Positions 10,393 to 21,300 of a stretch of DNA of 64,000 nt are shown in pieces. Position 1 is the stretch's first letter. Each line of letters begins with the position of its first letter. The stretch comes from an uncultured candidate division Zixibacteria bacterium (GTDB lineage: Bacteria > Zixibacteria > MSB-5A5 > UBA10806 > 4484-95). The position numbers and the translations under genes were made by a program. The stretch covers positions 448,001 to 512,000 of the forward strand of contig CAXXKA010000008.1 in assembly GCA_963668625.2 (NCBI GenBank). The letters run 5' to 3'. The notes under the pieces were generated by a model. It did no database searches. It had not been told where the DNA came from and saw only the letters and a list, made by a program, of their open reading frames with translations.

Positions 10393-11754
10393 ATGTACAA
10401 CCCTCACGATACAATCTGCGCGATCGCTACTCCACCGGGAGAATCAGCGCTGGCAATAGTCCGTGTAAGCGGCAAGCTATCGCTTCCTATTGTGGAAAAG
10501 ATGTTGACATGTGGAAAACCTGTGGATCATAAAGCTACCTACAGCCATATAGTCAATCCCGGGGGCGAGATAATCGATGAGGTAATTGCCGTTTACTATA
10601 AGTCCCCCAACAGTTTCACTGGTGAGGACCTGGTAGAAATAACCTGCCATGGCGGCTATGTTGTTTCAAACCAGGTGTTAACATTGATGAGGGGACACGG
10701 GGCCAGGCTGGCCGAACCCGGCGAATTCACTGTCAGAGCCTTTCTAAACGGCCGAATCGATTTAACAGAGGCCGAAGCCGTGCAGTCTGTAATAAGCGCT
10801 CGTACTGAGAAATCAAAATCGCTGGCGCTGGGCAACCTTGAGGGCAGGTTAAGCGGGAAACTTAAAACTATAAGCGAATCGCTGATTGAGCTGATTACGA
10901 TCCTCGAGGCTGAGATAGATTTCGGGGATGAGGAGGTCTCAAAGCTTGAGACTGAGGAGACACTGGCTAAGATTGAAAATATATTAATCAATATTGAGGA
11001 TGTCATTTCCACATACGATATCGGCAGGGTGTCCGAGGGGCGAGCGCAGGTGGCTATTGTGGGCGCTCCAAATGTCGGAAAATCAAGTTTGTTTAACGCA
11101 ATTCTGAAAAACACCCGTGCTATAGTAACCGATACCCCTGGCACTACTCGTGACTATCTATCGGAATATGTCAATATAGATGGCTACCCTGTCATCCTGA
11201 CAGATACGGCTGGCATTCGCTCCTCCGAGGAGGAGATAGAGAGGATAGGAATATCTCGTTCGTTAGAGATGATAAACGACTCCGATTTATGCCTGTATAT
11301 GCTCGATTGCTCCAGGGATATTAACGAGGATGACAGGCGAATAAAGGCACAATTAGGAAAGAAGTCGACAATTGCAGTTATAAATAAAATTGATATAAGC
11401 GAAAATGCTAAAGTGCAAGAGTATGCACAGGTGGGTGTGGGAAACGTATTGCATATTTCTGCAAGAACCGGCAAAGGTATTAACTCGGTTCTTGAGCAAG
11501 TAAAAAGGCGGCTCATTAACGCTAAAACTGATATTTCAGGGGGCGTATTGTTGTCTCAGAGGCAACATAATTGCGCTTTAGAGGCTAAAAAGGCTCTTGA
11601 AAGCGCTAAAACAATAGTTTCAAGCGGTGAACCCGAGGAGATATATATCGGTGAGATTCGCGAGGCGCTCGATCAGATTGGGATTATAACAGGTAGAATA
11701 ACCAGCGAGGATATATTAAACCGTATTTTTTCCAGTTTTTGTATAGGTAAATGA
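10393..11754 (+). CDS. mnmE: tRNA modification GTPase MnmE
   Basis: DTICAIAT, SFTGED, GAPNVGKS, GTTRD, DTAG, NKID, C-terminal FCIGK. Confidence 0.98.
   Translation: MYNPHDTICAIATPPGESALAIVRVSGKLSLPIVEKMLTCGKPVDHKATYSHIVNPGGEIIDEVIAVYYKSPNSFTGEDLVEITCHGGYVVSNQVLTLMRGHGARLAEPGEFTVRAFLNGRIDLTEAEAVQSVISARTEKSKSLALGNLEGRLSGKLKTISESLIELITILEAEIDFGDEEVSKLETEETLAKIENILINIEDVISTYDIGRVSEGRAQVAIVGAPNVGKSSLFNAILKNTRAIVTDTPGTTRDYLSEYVNIDGYPVILTDTAGIRSSEEEIERIGISRSLEMINDSDLCLYMLDCSRDINEDDRRIKAQLGKKSTIAVINKIDISENAKVQEYAQVGVGNVLHISARTGKGINSVLEQVKRRLINAKTDISGGVLLSQRQHNCALEAKKALESAKTIVSSGEPEEIYIGEIREALDQIGIITGRITSEDILNRIFSSFCIGK
10491..10529 (-). promoter_or_regulatory. DnaA-box cluster inside the 5' end of mnmE
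   Basis: TGTGGAAAA 10491-10499, TGTGGAAAA 10510-10518, TGTGGATCA 10521-10529. Confidence 0.55.
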
Positions 11755-11878
11755 GTATAAAATACATCACAGCAAGTGTTAGATACACACTATAAATTTA
11801 TAAAAGTTATTGATATAACAACTTAGGAGGAAAGAGAGTGTGGGGCTATTGACAATAGCTTAGAAGTATTAAACATAC

Positions 11879-11907
11879 TTTTCCACATTATCAACATATT
11901 ATCCACA
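11879..11907 (+). promoter_or_regulatory. Three tandem DnaA boxes directly upstream of mnmG (candidate oriC part)
   Basis: TTTTCCACA 11879-11887, TTATCAACA 11888-11896, TTATCCACA 11899-11907. Confidence 0.7.
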
Positions 11908-13715
11908 TGGAATACAAGCTGATAGTGGTTGGCGGCGGGCACGCCGGTGTAGAGGCTGCCCTGGCCAGCGCAAGAATGGGATATAAAACAGCCCTGGTCA
12001 CGTTAAAAGCAGATATGATTGCCCAGATGAGCTGCAATCCGGCTGTAGGCGGACTGGCCAAGGGGCAACTAACGCGTGAAATAGATGCTATAGGTGGTGA
12101 AATAGGTTACTGTACCGACATGACCGGGATACAATTTCGCATTCTAAACAGAAGTAAGGGGCCGGCTGTTTGGTCTCATAGAGCGCAGGTTGACCGGGTG
12201 GCTTACCGTAAGTTTATGATTGATACTCTGGAAAAGCAGTCCAACCTCGACATAATAGAAGATGAGGGAGTGGGGCTGATAATAGAAAAAAAGACCTGTG
12301 TAGGGGTTGTGTGTGTTTCACGTGAAACAATTTCCGCTGAGGCGGTAATTATAACCGCCGGTACTTTCTTGAATGGCTTGATTCATGTGGGGGAGAAACA
12401 GTTTCCCGCGGGACGAATAGGCGAGAATCCGTCAAAAGGTTTATCGGAGTTTCTGGTTGGTTGGGGTATCGAGATGGGCAGGCTGAAAACCGGTACGCCG
12501 CCTCGCCTGGATGGCAACACTGTCGATTTCGATAAATGCAAGGAACAGTTGGGGGATGAGCCGCCGCCGTATTTCTCGCATAGAACTAAACGGGGGCAGA
12601 TAAAACAGATTAAATGCCATCTCACATATACTAATGAGGAAACACATGAGATAATCCGGGCTAATATAAAGAGATCGGCCCTGTATAGCGGCAATATAAC
12701 GGGTGTTGGGCCCAGGTATTGCCCCTCAATAGAGGATAAGCTGGTTAGATTCTCGGACAAAACACGACATCAACTGTTTTTAGAGCCGGAGGGGCTAAAT
12801 ACTAATGAGTACTATCTTAATGGATTCTCATCCTCGCTACCGGAATCGATTCAGTATAAAGCCGCCAGGACAATAGAGGGGCTGGAAAATGTTGAGTTTA
12901 CCCAGCCCGCCTACGCTATAGAATATGATTTCTTCCCGCCTCATCAATTGAAACCGACAATGGAATCGAAAATCATCGAAAACCTGTATTTTGCCGGGCA
13001 GGTTAACGGTACCTCCGGTTATGAGGAGGCGGCAGCGCAGGGTTTGATGGCCGCTATTAACGCGGTTATGAAAATGCGAGGCGAAAAACCTTTAATATTC
13101 GATCGTTCTCAAGCCTATATAGGAGTGCTTTTGGATGATCTGGTAACTAAATCGACTAATGAGCCATACCGGATGTTTACCTCCCGGGCTGAATACCGCC
13201 TTTTCCTTCGCGAGGATAACGCTGAGGACAGGCTTTCGCATATTGGGCATAGAATAGGCTTACTAAGTGAAGAAAGCTGGCAGGAGATTAAAGCCGAACG
13301 GGAATCCCGTCAGAGATTATACGAATTATTCAGGAAAACAAGAATCCGCTTTGATGGTATCGAAAATCCGCTTTCGGTGGCGGAGGCGGCCAGGCGGCCG
13401 GAGATCGATTTCAAGAGGATATTCGATAAATTACCTGAGGATATAAATGAAACATATCCGGTAATAGAGAAAGTATTAATAGAAATTAAATATGAGGGCT
13501 ATTTAAAACGTCAGGAAAGACAACTTGCGCGATTTAAAAGCATGGAATCGATGTTAATTCCGGAATCTCTTGACTACAGAACCATAAAAGGCTTAAAATT
13601 AGAGGCAATTGAGAAATTAAACAAAATGAAACCATCAACTTTAGGCCAGGCCTCCAGGATATCGGGTGTATCGCCGGGGGATATCGCCGTATTGATGGTA
13701 AACCTGAAGAATTAA
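11907..13715 (+). CDS. mnmG: tRNA uridine 5-carboxymethylaminomethyl modification enzyme MnmG (GidA)
   Basis: [48 protein letters not shown]. Confidence 0.98.
   Translation: MEYKLIVVGGGHAGVEAALASARMGYKTALVTLKADMIAQMSCNPAVGGLAKGQLTREIDAIGGEIGYCTDMTGIQFRILNRSKGPAVWSHRAQVDRVAYRKFMIDTLEKQSNLDIIEDEGVGLIIEKKTCVGVVCVSRETISAEAVIITAGTFLNGLIHVGEKQFPAGRIGENPSKGLSEFLVGWGIEMGRLKTGTPPRLDGNTVDFDKCKEQLGDEPPPYFSHRTKRGQIKQIKCHLTYTNEETHEIIRANIKRSALYSGNITGVGPRYCPSIEDKLVRFSDKTRHQLFLEPEGLNTNEYYLNGFSSSLPESIQYKAARTIEGLENVEFTQPAYAIEYDFFPPHQLKPTMESKIIENLYFAGQVNGTSGYEEAAAQGLMAAINAVMKMRGEKPLIFDRSQAYIGVLLDDLVTKSTNEPYRMFTSRAEYRLFLREDNAEDRLSHIGHRIGLLSEESWQEIKAERESRQRLYELFRKTRIRFDGIENPLSVAEAARRPEIDFKRIFDKLPEDINETYPVIEKVLIEIKYEGYLKRQERQLARFKSMESMLIPESLDYRTIKGLKLEAIEKLNKMKPSTLGQASRISGVSPGDIAVLMVNLKN
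12314..12329. promoter_or_regulatory. parS site within mnmG
   Basis: Perfect palindrome TGTTTCACGTGAAACA. Confidence 0.9.
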
Positions 13716-13719
13716 CTAT

Positions 13720-14262
13720 ATGGATGACAGAACTACAATAATAAACTGGATGAAAGAGCATGAGATGAAATATTCCGAGGGGCAGATACGAGCCTTGTTG
13801 GAATATCTTGAGATGATTCGGGAATACTCTCCCACTATTAATCTCGTCTCGGCCGGCGATATGGAAATCATCGTTGAGCGTCATCTCTTGGATTCACTTC
13901 TAGCGCTGACAGTATATGATATAGCAACCGACTTGAAAGTAGCCGATGTTGGTAGTGGCGCTGGATTTCCTGGCATACCGATTGCCATTATGCGACCCGA
14001 TCTTCAGGTATACTTAATCGAGTCTCGCAGGAAGAAAAGCCTGTTTTTGTCCAGTGTTCTGAAAAACATAGGGCTGGCTAATGCCATCGTAATAAATGAT
14101 CGCTGGGAGAACTTAAGCCTTCTATTTGACCTGATATTAGCGCGGGCTATATTCCCGGAGGACAAGATAGTCGAGCAATTGCGTTCCGCGCTGGTACCTG
14201 GAGGGGCGATTCTATACTTTGCTAAGTATAATAATATCAAGGTATTGAAGCCGCGTATATAA
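13720..14262 (+). CDS. rsmG: 16S rRNA m7G527 methyltransferase RsmG (GidB), short C-terminus
   Basis: HLLDSL, DVGSGAGFPGIP, ES..KK..FL motifs; synteny. Confidence 0.92.
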   Translation: MDDRTTIINWMKEHEMKYSEGQIRALLEYLEMIREYSPTINLVSAGDMEIIVERHLLDSLLALTVYDIATDLKVADVGSGAGFPGIPIAIMRPDLQVYLIESRRKKSLFLSSVLKNIGLANAIVINDRWENLSLLFDLILARAIFPEDKIVEQLRSALVPGGAILYFAKYNNIKVLKPRI

Positions 14263-14265
14263 AAA

Positions 14266-14281
14266 TGTTTCACGTGAAACA
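14266..14281. promoter_or_regulatory. parS site upstream of parA
   Basis: Perfect palindrome TGTTTCACGTGAAACA. Confidence 0.92.
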
Positions 14282-14365
14282 ATAATTTCTTGCTTTTTCT
14301 CACGATATATCATACAATCCTCCGCGCTTGAAATATTTTCGTGTAACTTATAGATAGGTGGCAAA

Positions 14366-15124
14366 ATGGCAAAAATAATAGCTATCGCCAATCAAAAAGG
14401 CGGGGTTGGTAAAACTACAACTGCTATTAACCTTAGTTCCTCGCTTGCGGTGGCTGAACAGCGTACTCTATTAATCGATATCGATCCTCAGGCTAATTCT
14501 ACCTCAGGATTGGGGTACGATAAGAGTTCTGTTAATAGTTCTATTTATGATGTTCTCTGTAATGGGGTTCCGATTCCTGAGGCTCAGATTAAAACAGATA
14601 TCGAATATCTAAGCCTGCTTCCCTCACATATTAACCTGGTAGGCGCCGAAATCGAACTTGTTGCCCAGTCCGACAGAGAGTTCATTCTCAAGAAAGCGAT
14701 CGGCGCAGTCTCCGAACTTTACGATTTCGTTATTGTAGACTGCCCTCCCTCCCTGGGGCTTCTGACACTAAACACCCTGACCGCCGCCAACAGCGTTATC
14801 ATCCCAATACAATGCGAATACTATGCGCTGGAGGGATTGGGCCAGTTGATGAACACTATAGGGCTGGTACAAAAACAGTTAAACCCGGAACTGGAGATTC
14901 ACGGCATTTTGTTAACTATGTATGATGGCCGCCTCAATCTTTCACGACAGGTTGAACAAGAGGCCAGAAAGTATTTCTCCGATAAAGTGTACGAGACAGT
15001 AATAACCAGGAATGTCAGACTGTCCGAGGCGCCAAGTTTCGGTAAGCCTATTATATTGTATGATGTTGATAGTACGGGGGCGAAAAATTACCTCCGTTTT
15101 GCCGAGGAGGTATTAGCCAAATGA
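14366..15124 (+). CDS. parA: Chromosome partitioning ATPase ParA/Soj
   Basis: NQKGGVGKTT, DIDPQAN, DCPPSLG, EAPSFG. Confidence 0.97.
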   Translation: MAKIIAIANQKGGVGKTTTAINLSSSLAVAEQRTLLIDIDPQANSTSGLGYDKSSVNSSIYDVLCNGVPIPEAQIKTDIEYLSLLPSHINLVGAEIELVAQSDREFILKKAIGAVSELYDFVIVDCPPSLGLLTLNTLTAANSVIIPIQCEYYALEGLGQLMNTIGLVQKQLNPELEIHGILLTMYDGRLNLSRQVEQEARKYFSDKVYETVITRNVRLSEAPSFGKPIILYDVDSTGAKNYLRFAEEVLAK

Positions 15125-15972
15125 AAAGAGTCGCACTGGGCAAAGGTCTTGATGCGTTGATACCATCAGTGCAGGCCAACGATAAACGAGAGATAATTGA
15201 ATTAGAGTTATCGAAAATTAAAACGAATCCAAATCAGCCACGTAAGACATTTGACCCCGAGAAAATTTCAGAATTGGCGCAATCAATTGCTGAGAAAGGT
15301 CTTATACAGCCTATCGTCGTTCGCAAAAATGAGGATGGTTACGAGCTTATAGTGGGAGAGAGGCGTTTTCGGGCCGTTACATTTCTTGAATTAGATAAAA
15401 TCCCCGCAATTATATACCAACAGATCTCCAAACGCGATGTTATGGAGCTGGCATTAATCGAGAATATACAAAGAGAGAATTTAAACCCGATTGAGGAGGC
15501 CGAGGCCTATCGGGTGCTCCTTCAGGAATATGGGGTATCGCAAGAGGATCTGGCCTCGAAGGTTGGCAAGGATCGTTCGAGTGTCGCGAATTCTTTACGT
15601 TTATTGACATTGCCAGATAAGGTCAGACAGTATGTTGTTGAAAAAAAGTTATCTGCAGGAGCTGCCAGAGTAATTTTAGCTGTTCCGGGAGAGAAAGAAA
15701 AAATAGAACTTGCCGAAAGAGCTATTAGGGAGAGGTTCTCGGTTAGAGAGCTGGAGAAGATAGTTTACGGTGAGGGCAAGAAAAAGATAAGCCGTCGAGC
15801 GGTCGTAAAATCGCCTCACCTGATGTCAATCGAGGATGAGTTGAAGAAGAGGCTTCAGACTAAAGTCGCTATTACGCCAAAGAAAAAAGGCGGCAGGATA
15901 GTGATTGATTATTTCGATAACGATGGTTTAACTAGAATAATCGAAAAACTAAATTTATTAGATCGGGTATAG
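15121..15972 (+). CDS. parB: Chromosome partitioning protein ParB/Spo0J
   Basis: LGKGLDALI, NPNQPRKTF, GERRFRA, ENIQRENL. Confidence 0.97.
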   Translation: MKRVALGKGLDALIPSVQANDKREIIELELSKIKTNPNQPRKTFDPEKISELAQSIAEKGLIQPIVVRKNEDGYELIVGERRFRAVTFLELDKIPAIIYQQISKRDVMELALIENIQRENLNPIEEAEAYRVLLQEYGVSQEDLASKVGKDRSSVANSLRLLTLPDKVRQYVVEKKLSAGAARVILAVPGEKEKIELAERAIRERFSVRELEKIVYGEGKKKISRRAVVKSPHLMSIEDELKKRLQTKVAITPKKKGGRIVIDYFDNDGLTRIIEKLNLLDRV

Positions 15973-16776
15973 ATGAGTAAGTACATAGATTTCCTGGTTG
16001 TTCCGCAGGGGCGCGAGCCGTCTCTTAATTTCCGGTTACCGTCATGGTTGGTGAAAACGATTTTGATAGCTGTAATCATGTGGTTAATAGGCTTAATAAC
16101 CGCCACGTTTTTTTACGGCAAACTTTCCGGCCGAGCTTTGACAGCCGATCTTCTGGAAAACGAAAACGAACGTTTGCGTGATTACAACGCCAAGGTCGTT
16201 GAGATCGAAAACAGTTTCAGGAAGAACCTGGCTCTGACTGCTCGTATAGCGGAGATGGCGGGCATCAAGCTGGAGGATATCAATCCTTCTTTTAACGTTA
16301 ACTATGATTCGATGATTACCGACAGCAGTGGCCGTATGGTTATAGCCGGTATCGCAGGAGATCCCGTTCCTCTTTCCATAGAGGAGTTGGAGAAACTCAC
16401 TACACCTAAAGGACGCCCTTTATACGGTTGGATAACTCGTGGGTACAATCCTGATGGTCATGGAGGTAAAGAAAAACACGAGGGGATCGATATAGCTGTT
16501 AAAGAGGGTACTCCGATAGTAGCTACAGCTACCGGGGAGGTTTCATTTTCCGGTTGGGATAAGATTTTCGGAAACCTTTTGATCATTAACCACAAGAATG
16601 GATTACAGACAGTGTACGGTCACAATCAGAAAAATATTGTTGGCAAGGGGCAAAAGGTATATAAGGGTGACGTGATTGCTTTGTCGGGTAACACCGGGAG
16701 ATCATCCGCGCCGCATTTGCATTACGAGATAATTAAGGATGGCGAACCGATTGACCCATCCCCGTATTTAGATTAA
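15973..16776 (+). CDS. M23 family metallopeptidase
   Basis: HEGID and PHLHYE motifs; N-terminal TM and coiled coil. Confidence 0.9.
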   Translation: MSKYIDFLVVPQGREPSLNFRLPSWLVKTILIAVIMWLIGLITATFFYGKLSGRALTADLLENENERLRDYNAKVVEIENSFRKNLALTARIAEMAGIKLEDINPSFNVNYDSMITDSSGRMVIAGIAGDPVPLSIEELEKLTTPKGRPLYGWITRGYNPDGHGGKEKHEGIDIAVKEGTPIVATATGEVSFSGWDKIFGNLLIINHKNGLQTVYGHNQKNIVGKGQKVYKGDVIALSGNTGRSSAPHLHYEIIKDGEPIDPSPYLD

Positions 16777-16803
16777 CATTTGATGTAAAGAGGTTGTATT
16801 AGC

Positions 16804-17202
16804 ATGTCAGATAGAAACATGAAAAACGAGGGTAAGCTCGATACGATTATTGGTAGGGGAACACGAGTTGAAGGAACTATAAAAGTAGAAGGCGCTACTC
16901 GTATTGATGGTTATGTGTCGGGTAAATTGGAATCGAATGATATCGTTACGATAGGCCCGGGCGGCGAGGTTAAGGCCGAGGTTAAGGCTAAAACCATTAT
17001 AGTCGGGGGCAAGGTCGAGGGTAATCTCGAGGCAACGGAGAAGATTGAATTACAGTCGAAAGCCGAACTTCTGGGAGACCTGGTTTCAAAATCGCTGCTT
17101 ATCGAGCATGGCGCTATTTTTCACGGTCAATCTAATATGAAAGGAAAATCGCCAAACACGGTAGTAAAACCTCAGAATCCGCAGAAACCGTCCGATAAGT
17201 AA
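16804..17202 (+). CDS. Bactofilin (polymer-forming cytoskeletal protein)
   Basis: TIIGRGTRVEG...IDG...V.G.V.GN beta-solenoid pattern; typical position after an M23 gene. Confidence 0.9.
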   Translation: MSDRNMKNEGKLDTIIGRGTRVEGTIKVEGATRIDGYVSGKLESNDIVTIGPGGEVKAEVKAKTIIVGGKVEGNLEATEKIELQSKAELLGDLVSKSLLIEHGAIFHGQSNMKGKSPNTVVKPQNPQKPSDK

Positions 17203-17231
17203 TGTAAATTGTAAGGAAGGTCTTTTAGTTT

Positions 17232-17918
17232 ATGACAAGAGCCAGTCTCTTAGCGCTTATATTACTTCTGGCCGGTTTAATACTTCTATGGATATTTCTA
17301 ATTCGGCTTATCAGAAGACTAACTTATAAACCGGTGGAGGGTAAGCCAAATCAAGTGCCTCCCTCGGTGAGTTTTTGGTCTATATCGCTGGCTGTTGTCG
17401 TATTATCTCTTTCATGGATATTTTTCTGGATGGGGCAGCAGTTAAGCTCGTTTAAAAAATTCGATCCGCCGGGAATTATCGGCCATGTAGAAATAGTTAA
17501 TGAGCATGATCAAATTAAAACTCTTAACGTTAACTTTTTCTCTATGGTTGATGATTCCCTGGGAAAACCAACGAGTTTTTACTTAACCGGAGATCACTGG
17601 AAGCTTCAGGGGCAAGCAGTGAGACTTCCTTATTTACTAAAACCCGTGTTCAATGGCCAGCATTTCTTCAAGGTTACTGATTTTCGAGGCGAGTATATTG
17701 GGCATAAACCCCCTGGTTTCGATTCGCCGTTACTGGCACATCAAACCATAGAGGGCGGTATGGTGGATATGTTCGAGTATCTTGGCGTATTTCCGTATAT
17801 TCGTGATATTTTCATTGCGCAGGAGTTCGAAAATGAATTTCGTCTTCTAAAATATCGCGCTCAATATGATATTGTTCTTACAGACTCAAGCGAGATTTCC
17901 CTACTGGATTCTGAGTGA
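17232..17918 (+). CDS. Hypothetical membrane protein
   Basis: 228-aa ORF with two N-terminal TM segments, co-oriented. Confidence 0.7.
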   Translation: MTRASLLALILLLAGLILLWIFLIRLIRRLTYKPVEGKPNQVPPSVSFWSISLAVVVLSLSWIFFWMGQQLSSFKKFDPPGIIGHVEIVNEHDQIKTLNVNFFSMVDDSLGKPTSFYLTGDHWKLQGQAVRLPYLLKPVFNGQHFFKVTDFRGEYIGHKPPGFDSPLLAHQTIEGGMVDMFEYLGVFPYIRDIFIAQEFENEFRLLKYRAQYDIVLTDSSEISLLDSE

Positions 17919-18253
17919 CTGTAATGTTAAGAATATGCACCCGGCTGCATCCCGGTTTACCATATGAGTTAATGTAAAATAAGCTTAATAACAAAAAGTT
18001 ATCAGGATTATCTAATCTTAATCTATAAATAATAATGGTTTAGCCGGCTATTTGACAGATATGATGTATATATTGGTAACTCTGTTATGTTTTAATACAC
18101 TCCCCCCCTTACATATCCAACCATTATACAATAGTTTATGAAAACATAAATCATGTTATATATCATAACATATATTTAATGAACTTCTAATTTTTGCTGC
18201 AAGTTAAGTTATTGAAAAGCAACGGTAATAGAAGTATTCCATACGTAAAAAAA

Positions 18254-18270
18254 CAGGCATACTTTTTGCC
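18254..18270 (+). promoter_or_regulatory. Putative sigma54 -24/-12 promoter of the S8 protease gene
   Basis: CAGGCATACTTTTTGCC (GG-N10-GC) ~80 bp before ATG, within a long AT-rich leader. Confidence 0.5.
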
Positions 18271-18349
18271 GAACATTTTATTGGGAGAGAATATGTATAT
18301 GATTCTACGTCAATTAAATCTAACTTAAACCCAAATCTAAGGAGTAGTA

Positions 18350-21300
18350 ATGAGCAAAGCTAATTGGTTGTGCTTTCTACTGGTGTTAGTATTCGCGCCG
18401 GTAGTCTGGTCAGGACAAGTCAGTCCCTTCCTGGATGATTATCTTCAGGAATTTTCGACCAGTGCTGATGTCGAAGTGCTTGTAATGTTCGAACAGCAGG
18501 CCGACATCCAGAGCTTGAACCAGCAATTGAAAGATGAGAAAGCGACCCTGGCTGAACGTAACCGTCGTGTTATCGAGGCTCTACAGGAAGTCGCCACAAA
18601 CACACAGCCGTCAATGGTTGCCTATTTCGATCAGCTTCAATCCCAGGGTTATGTAAGCGAATACAAAACCATGTGGATTGCCAATATGGCTATCGTTAAA
18701 ACAACCAAGGCCGGTGTTTATGCAATGGCAGATAACAATGCTATCGGTGATATCGCCCTTAGCTATAAAGTCAGAGGTATTCAGCCGACTAAAATTTCGG
18801 AAGATGATGAATCTCTGATTGCCTCGGTTGAGGCTGGCCTTGAGGCTATCAATGCTCCGGCCGCCTGGGCTGCCGGTTTCACCGGCGCCGGCCGTGTAGT
18901 AGCGAATATGGATACCGGCGTTGACGGTAACCATCCGGCATTAGCCGATCGTTTCCGTGGTGATGTCGATGGCGATGATGATGTCGATGAGAGCTTCTTC
19001 GATCCTTATACAACCGGATGGACTTTTCCTCAGGATTCAGACTCGCATGGTACCCATACCATGGGTACGATTTGTGGCCGTTCCGAAGCCGGTGACACTG
19101 TTGGTGTCGCTATTGAGGCTCAGTGGATTGCCGCGGCTGCTATTGATCGTGGTGGCGGTATCGAGGGTACAGTCGCTGATGCTATCGAGTCGTTCCAGTG
19201 GTTTGTCGATCCCGATGACAATTCCGAAACCCAAGACAACCCGGATGCCGTCGGTAACTCCTGGGGTATCTCCCCGATTTATCATGGCGTTCCTCCATGT
19301 GATGATACTTTCTGGTCGGTAATCGATAATCTGGAAGCCGCCGGTACCGCCGTTATTTTCTCGGCCGGTAACGAGGGTCCGGATGTCGGTTCCTTGAGGA
19401 CTCCGTCCGATCGTGCTACAACCCGCTATAATGTATTTTCAGTAGGCGCTGTTGACGGCGGCAATGCGAATTACCCGGTTGCCAGTTTTTCATCCCGCGG
19501 CCCGTCTTATTGCACCCCGGATGGCGAACCGACTTTCAAGCCTGAAGTTGTCGCCCCCGGTGTTGATGTCAGAAGTTCGGTTCCCGGTGGTGGTTACTCC
19601 ACTATGAGCGGCACCTCGATGGCCTCGCCGCACGTTACCGGTTGTGTCGGTGTAATCCGCGGCGTCAATCCCGATCTCGATGTTGATTCTATCAAAGAGA
19701 TCCTGATGGCCACGGCTCATGACCTCGGCGCTGAAGGTCCTGATAACGATTACGGTGTTGGTATTATCGACATCTATGAAGCCTGCCTGATCGCTATGGA
19801 TGGCTACGGCTATATAGAAGGTTATGTATATGACGATGACACCGAAGATGGTATTGCTAATGCTTTAGTTTCTATTGATGGTACCACCAGAACTGCCATT
19901 GCCGACGACAATGGTTTCTACAGCATCGGTCTTCCCGCTGACACATCGTATTCGATGACTGCCAGTTATTTCGGTTATGTTTCCAGCAATGTCAGTGATG
20001 TCGCTGTTGTTGCCGATGAGACCACGGATCAGGATTTCTATCTTGAGCCCGCCGATGCCGGTTATCTTCATGGTTACGTAACCGACCTGGATGAGAATCC
20101 GATTGAGAGCGCGACTTTAACTATAGTCGATACTCCAATTGGTTCTGCAACCACCGATGAAAACGGCTACTATTTATTTGATGAAATTCCCGGTGGCGCC
20201 ACTTACACTGTTGAAGTTGCTGCTGTTGGATATGGTTTTGCATCTGGTATGGTTGATGTTCCGGTTGGCGATACCGCTACTTTAAGCTTCTCACTCCAGG
20301 GGATGGAGTCATTCGAAGGTTCGAATGGCGGTTATGACGGTGAAGGTACCTGGGAGTGGGGTGTGCCTAGTTCAGGTCCCGGCGAAGCCTATGATGGTAA
20401 TAATGTATGGGCTACTATTCTCGACGGTAACTATGTTGATGATCTCGATGACGGCCTGATCACACCGCAGTATGAGATTACCGACGCGAACGCCATGCTC
20501 TCGTTCTACCACTGGTACGTAATCGAGGAAGATTATGACGGTGGACAACTTCAGGTTTCTATCGATGGTGGTTTAAATTGGGATTTACTTACCCCAGAGG
20601 GTGGCTATCCGGTAGCCGAGGTCGTTGGGCTCGATGATGGTCCGGGATTCTCCGGCGAACCAGCTACCTGGGAATTAGTTGTCGTGGATCTCTCGGCTTA
20701 TGAGGGTGAAACAATCTCCATTAAATTCCGTTTCGGTACCGATGGTTCGCAACAACGCGCCGGCTGGTATATTGACGGCGTAGTACTTAACGGTGGTATC
20801 ATGAGAGCACCGGAGGCATCTTTGTCTTGTCCTTCGATGAATATTGATGTCATGCAGGGCGACTCGCATGACGTGCAGATGACTCTTTCCAACAACGGTG
20901 ATGCTCAGCTTAATTATAATGTTGTTGTGCTTACCGATCTGGCATTGAGTGCTACCGATGATACCGAAAGAAGCTACACCGGCCAGGTATTCGAGTCCAA
21001 AGAAGGCCATATCATGGACGAGAACGGTTCGATCAAGGTAACGGGCGAATCACCGTTCAACTACGATGATGTAATTACCAGTATTGGTGGCCCGGATGCA
21101 TTCGGCTACACTTACATAGACTCCGATGAGGAGAATGGCCCGCATTACGAGTGGAAAGATATCACCGGAATCGGTTCGGCGATCACTTTCAACGGTGGAA
21201 CAAATCCGAACGATGACGGTTACTCCAATTCTATCTCGATGGGCATGAATTTCGAGTTTTACGGTGTTCCTGTCACCGATATTCAGGTCAGCACCAACGG

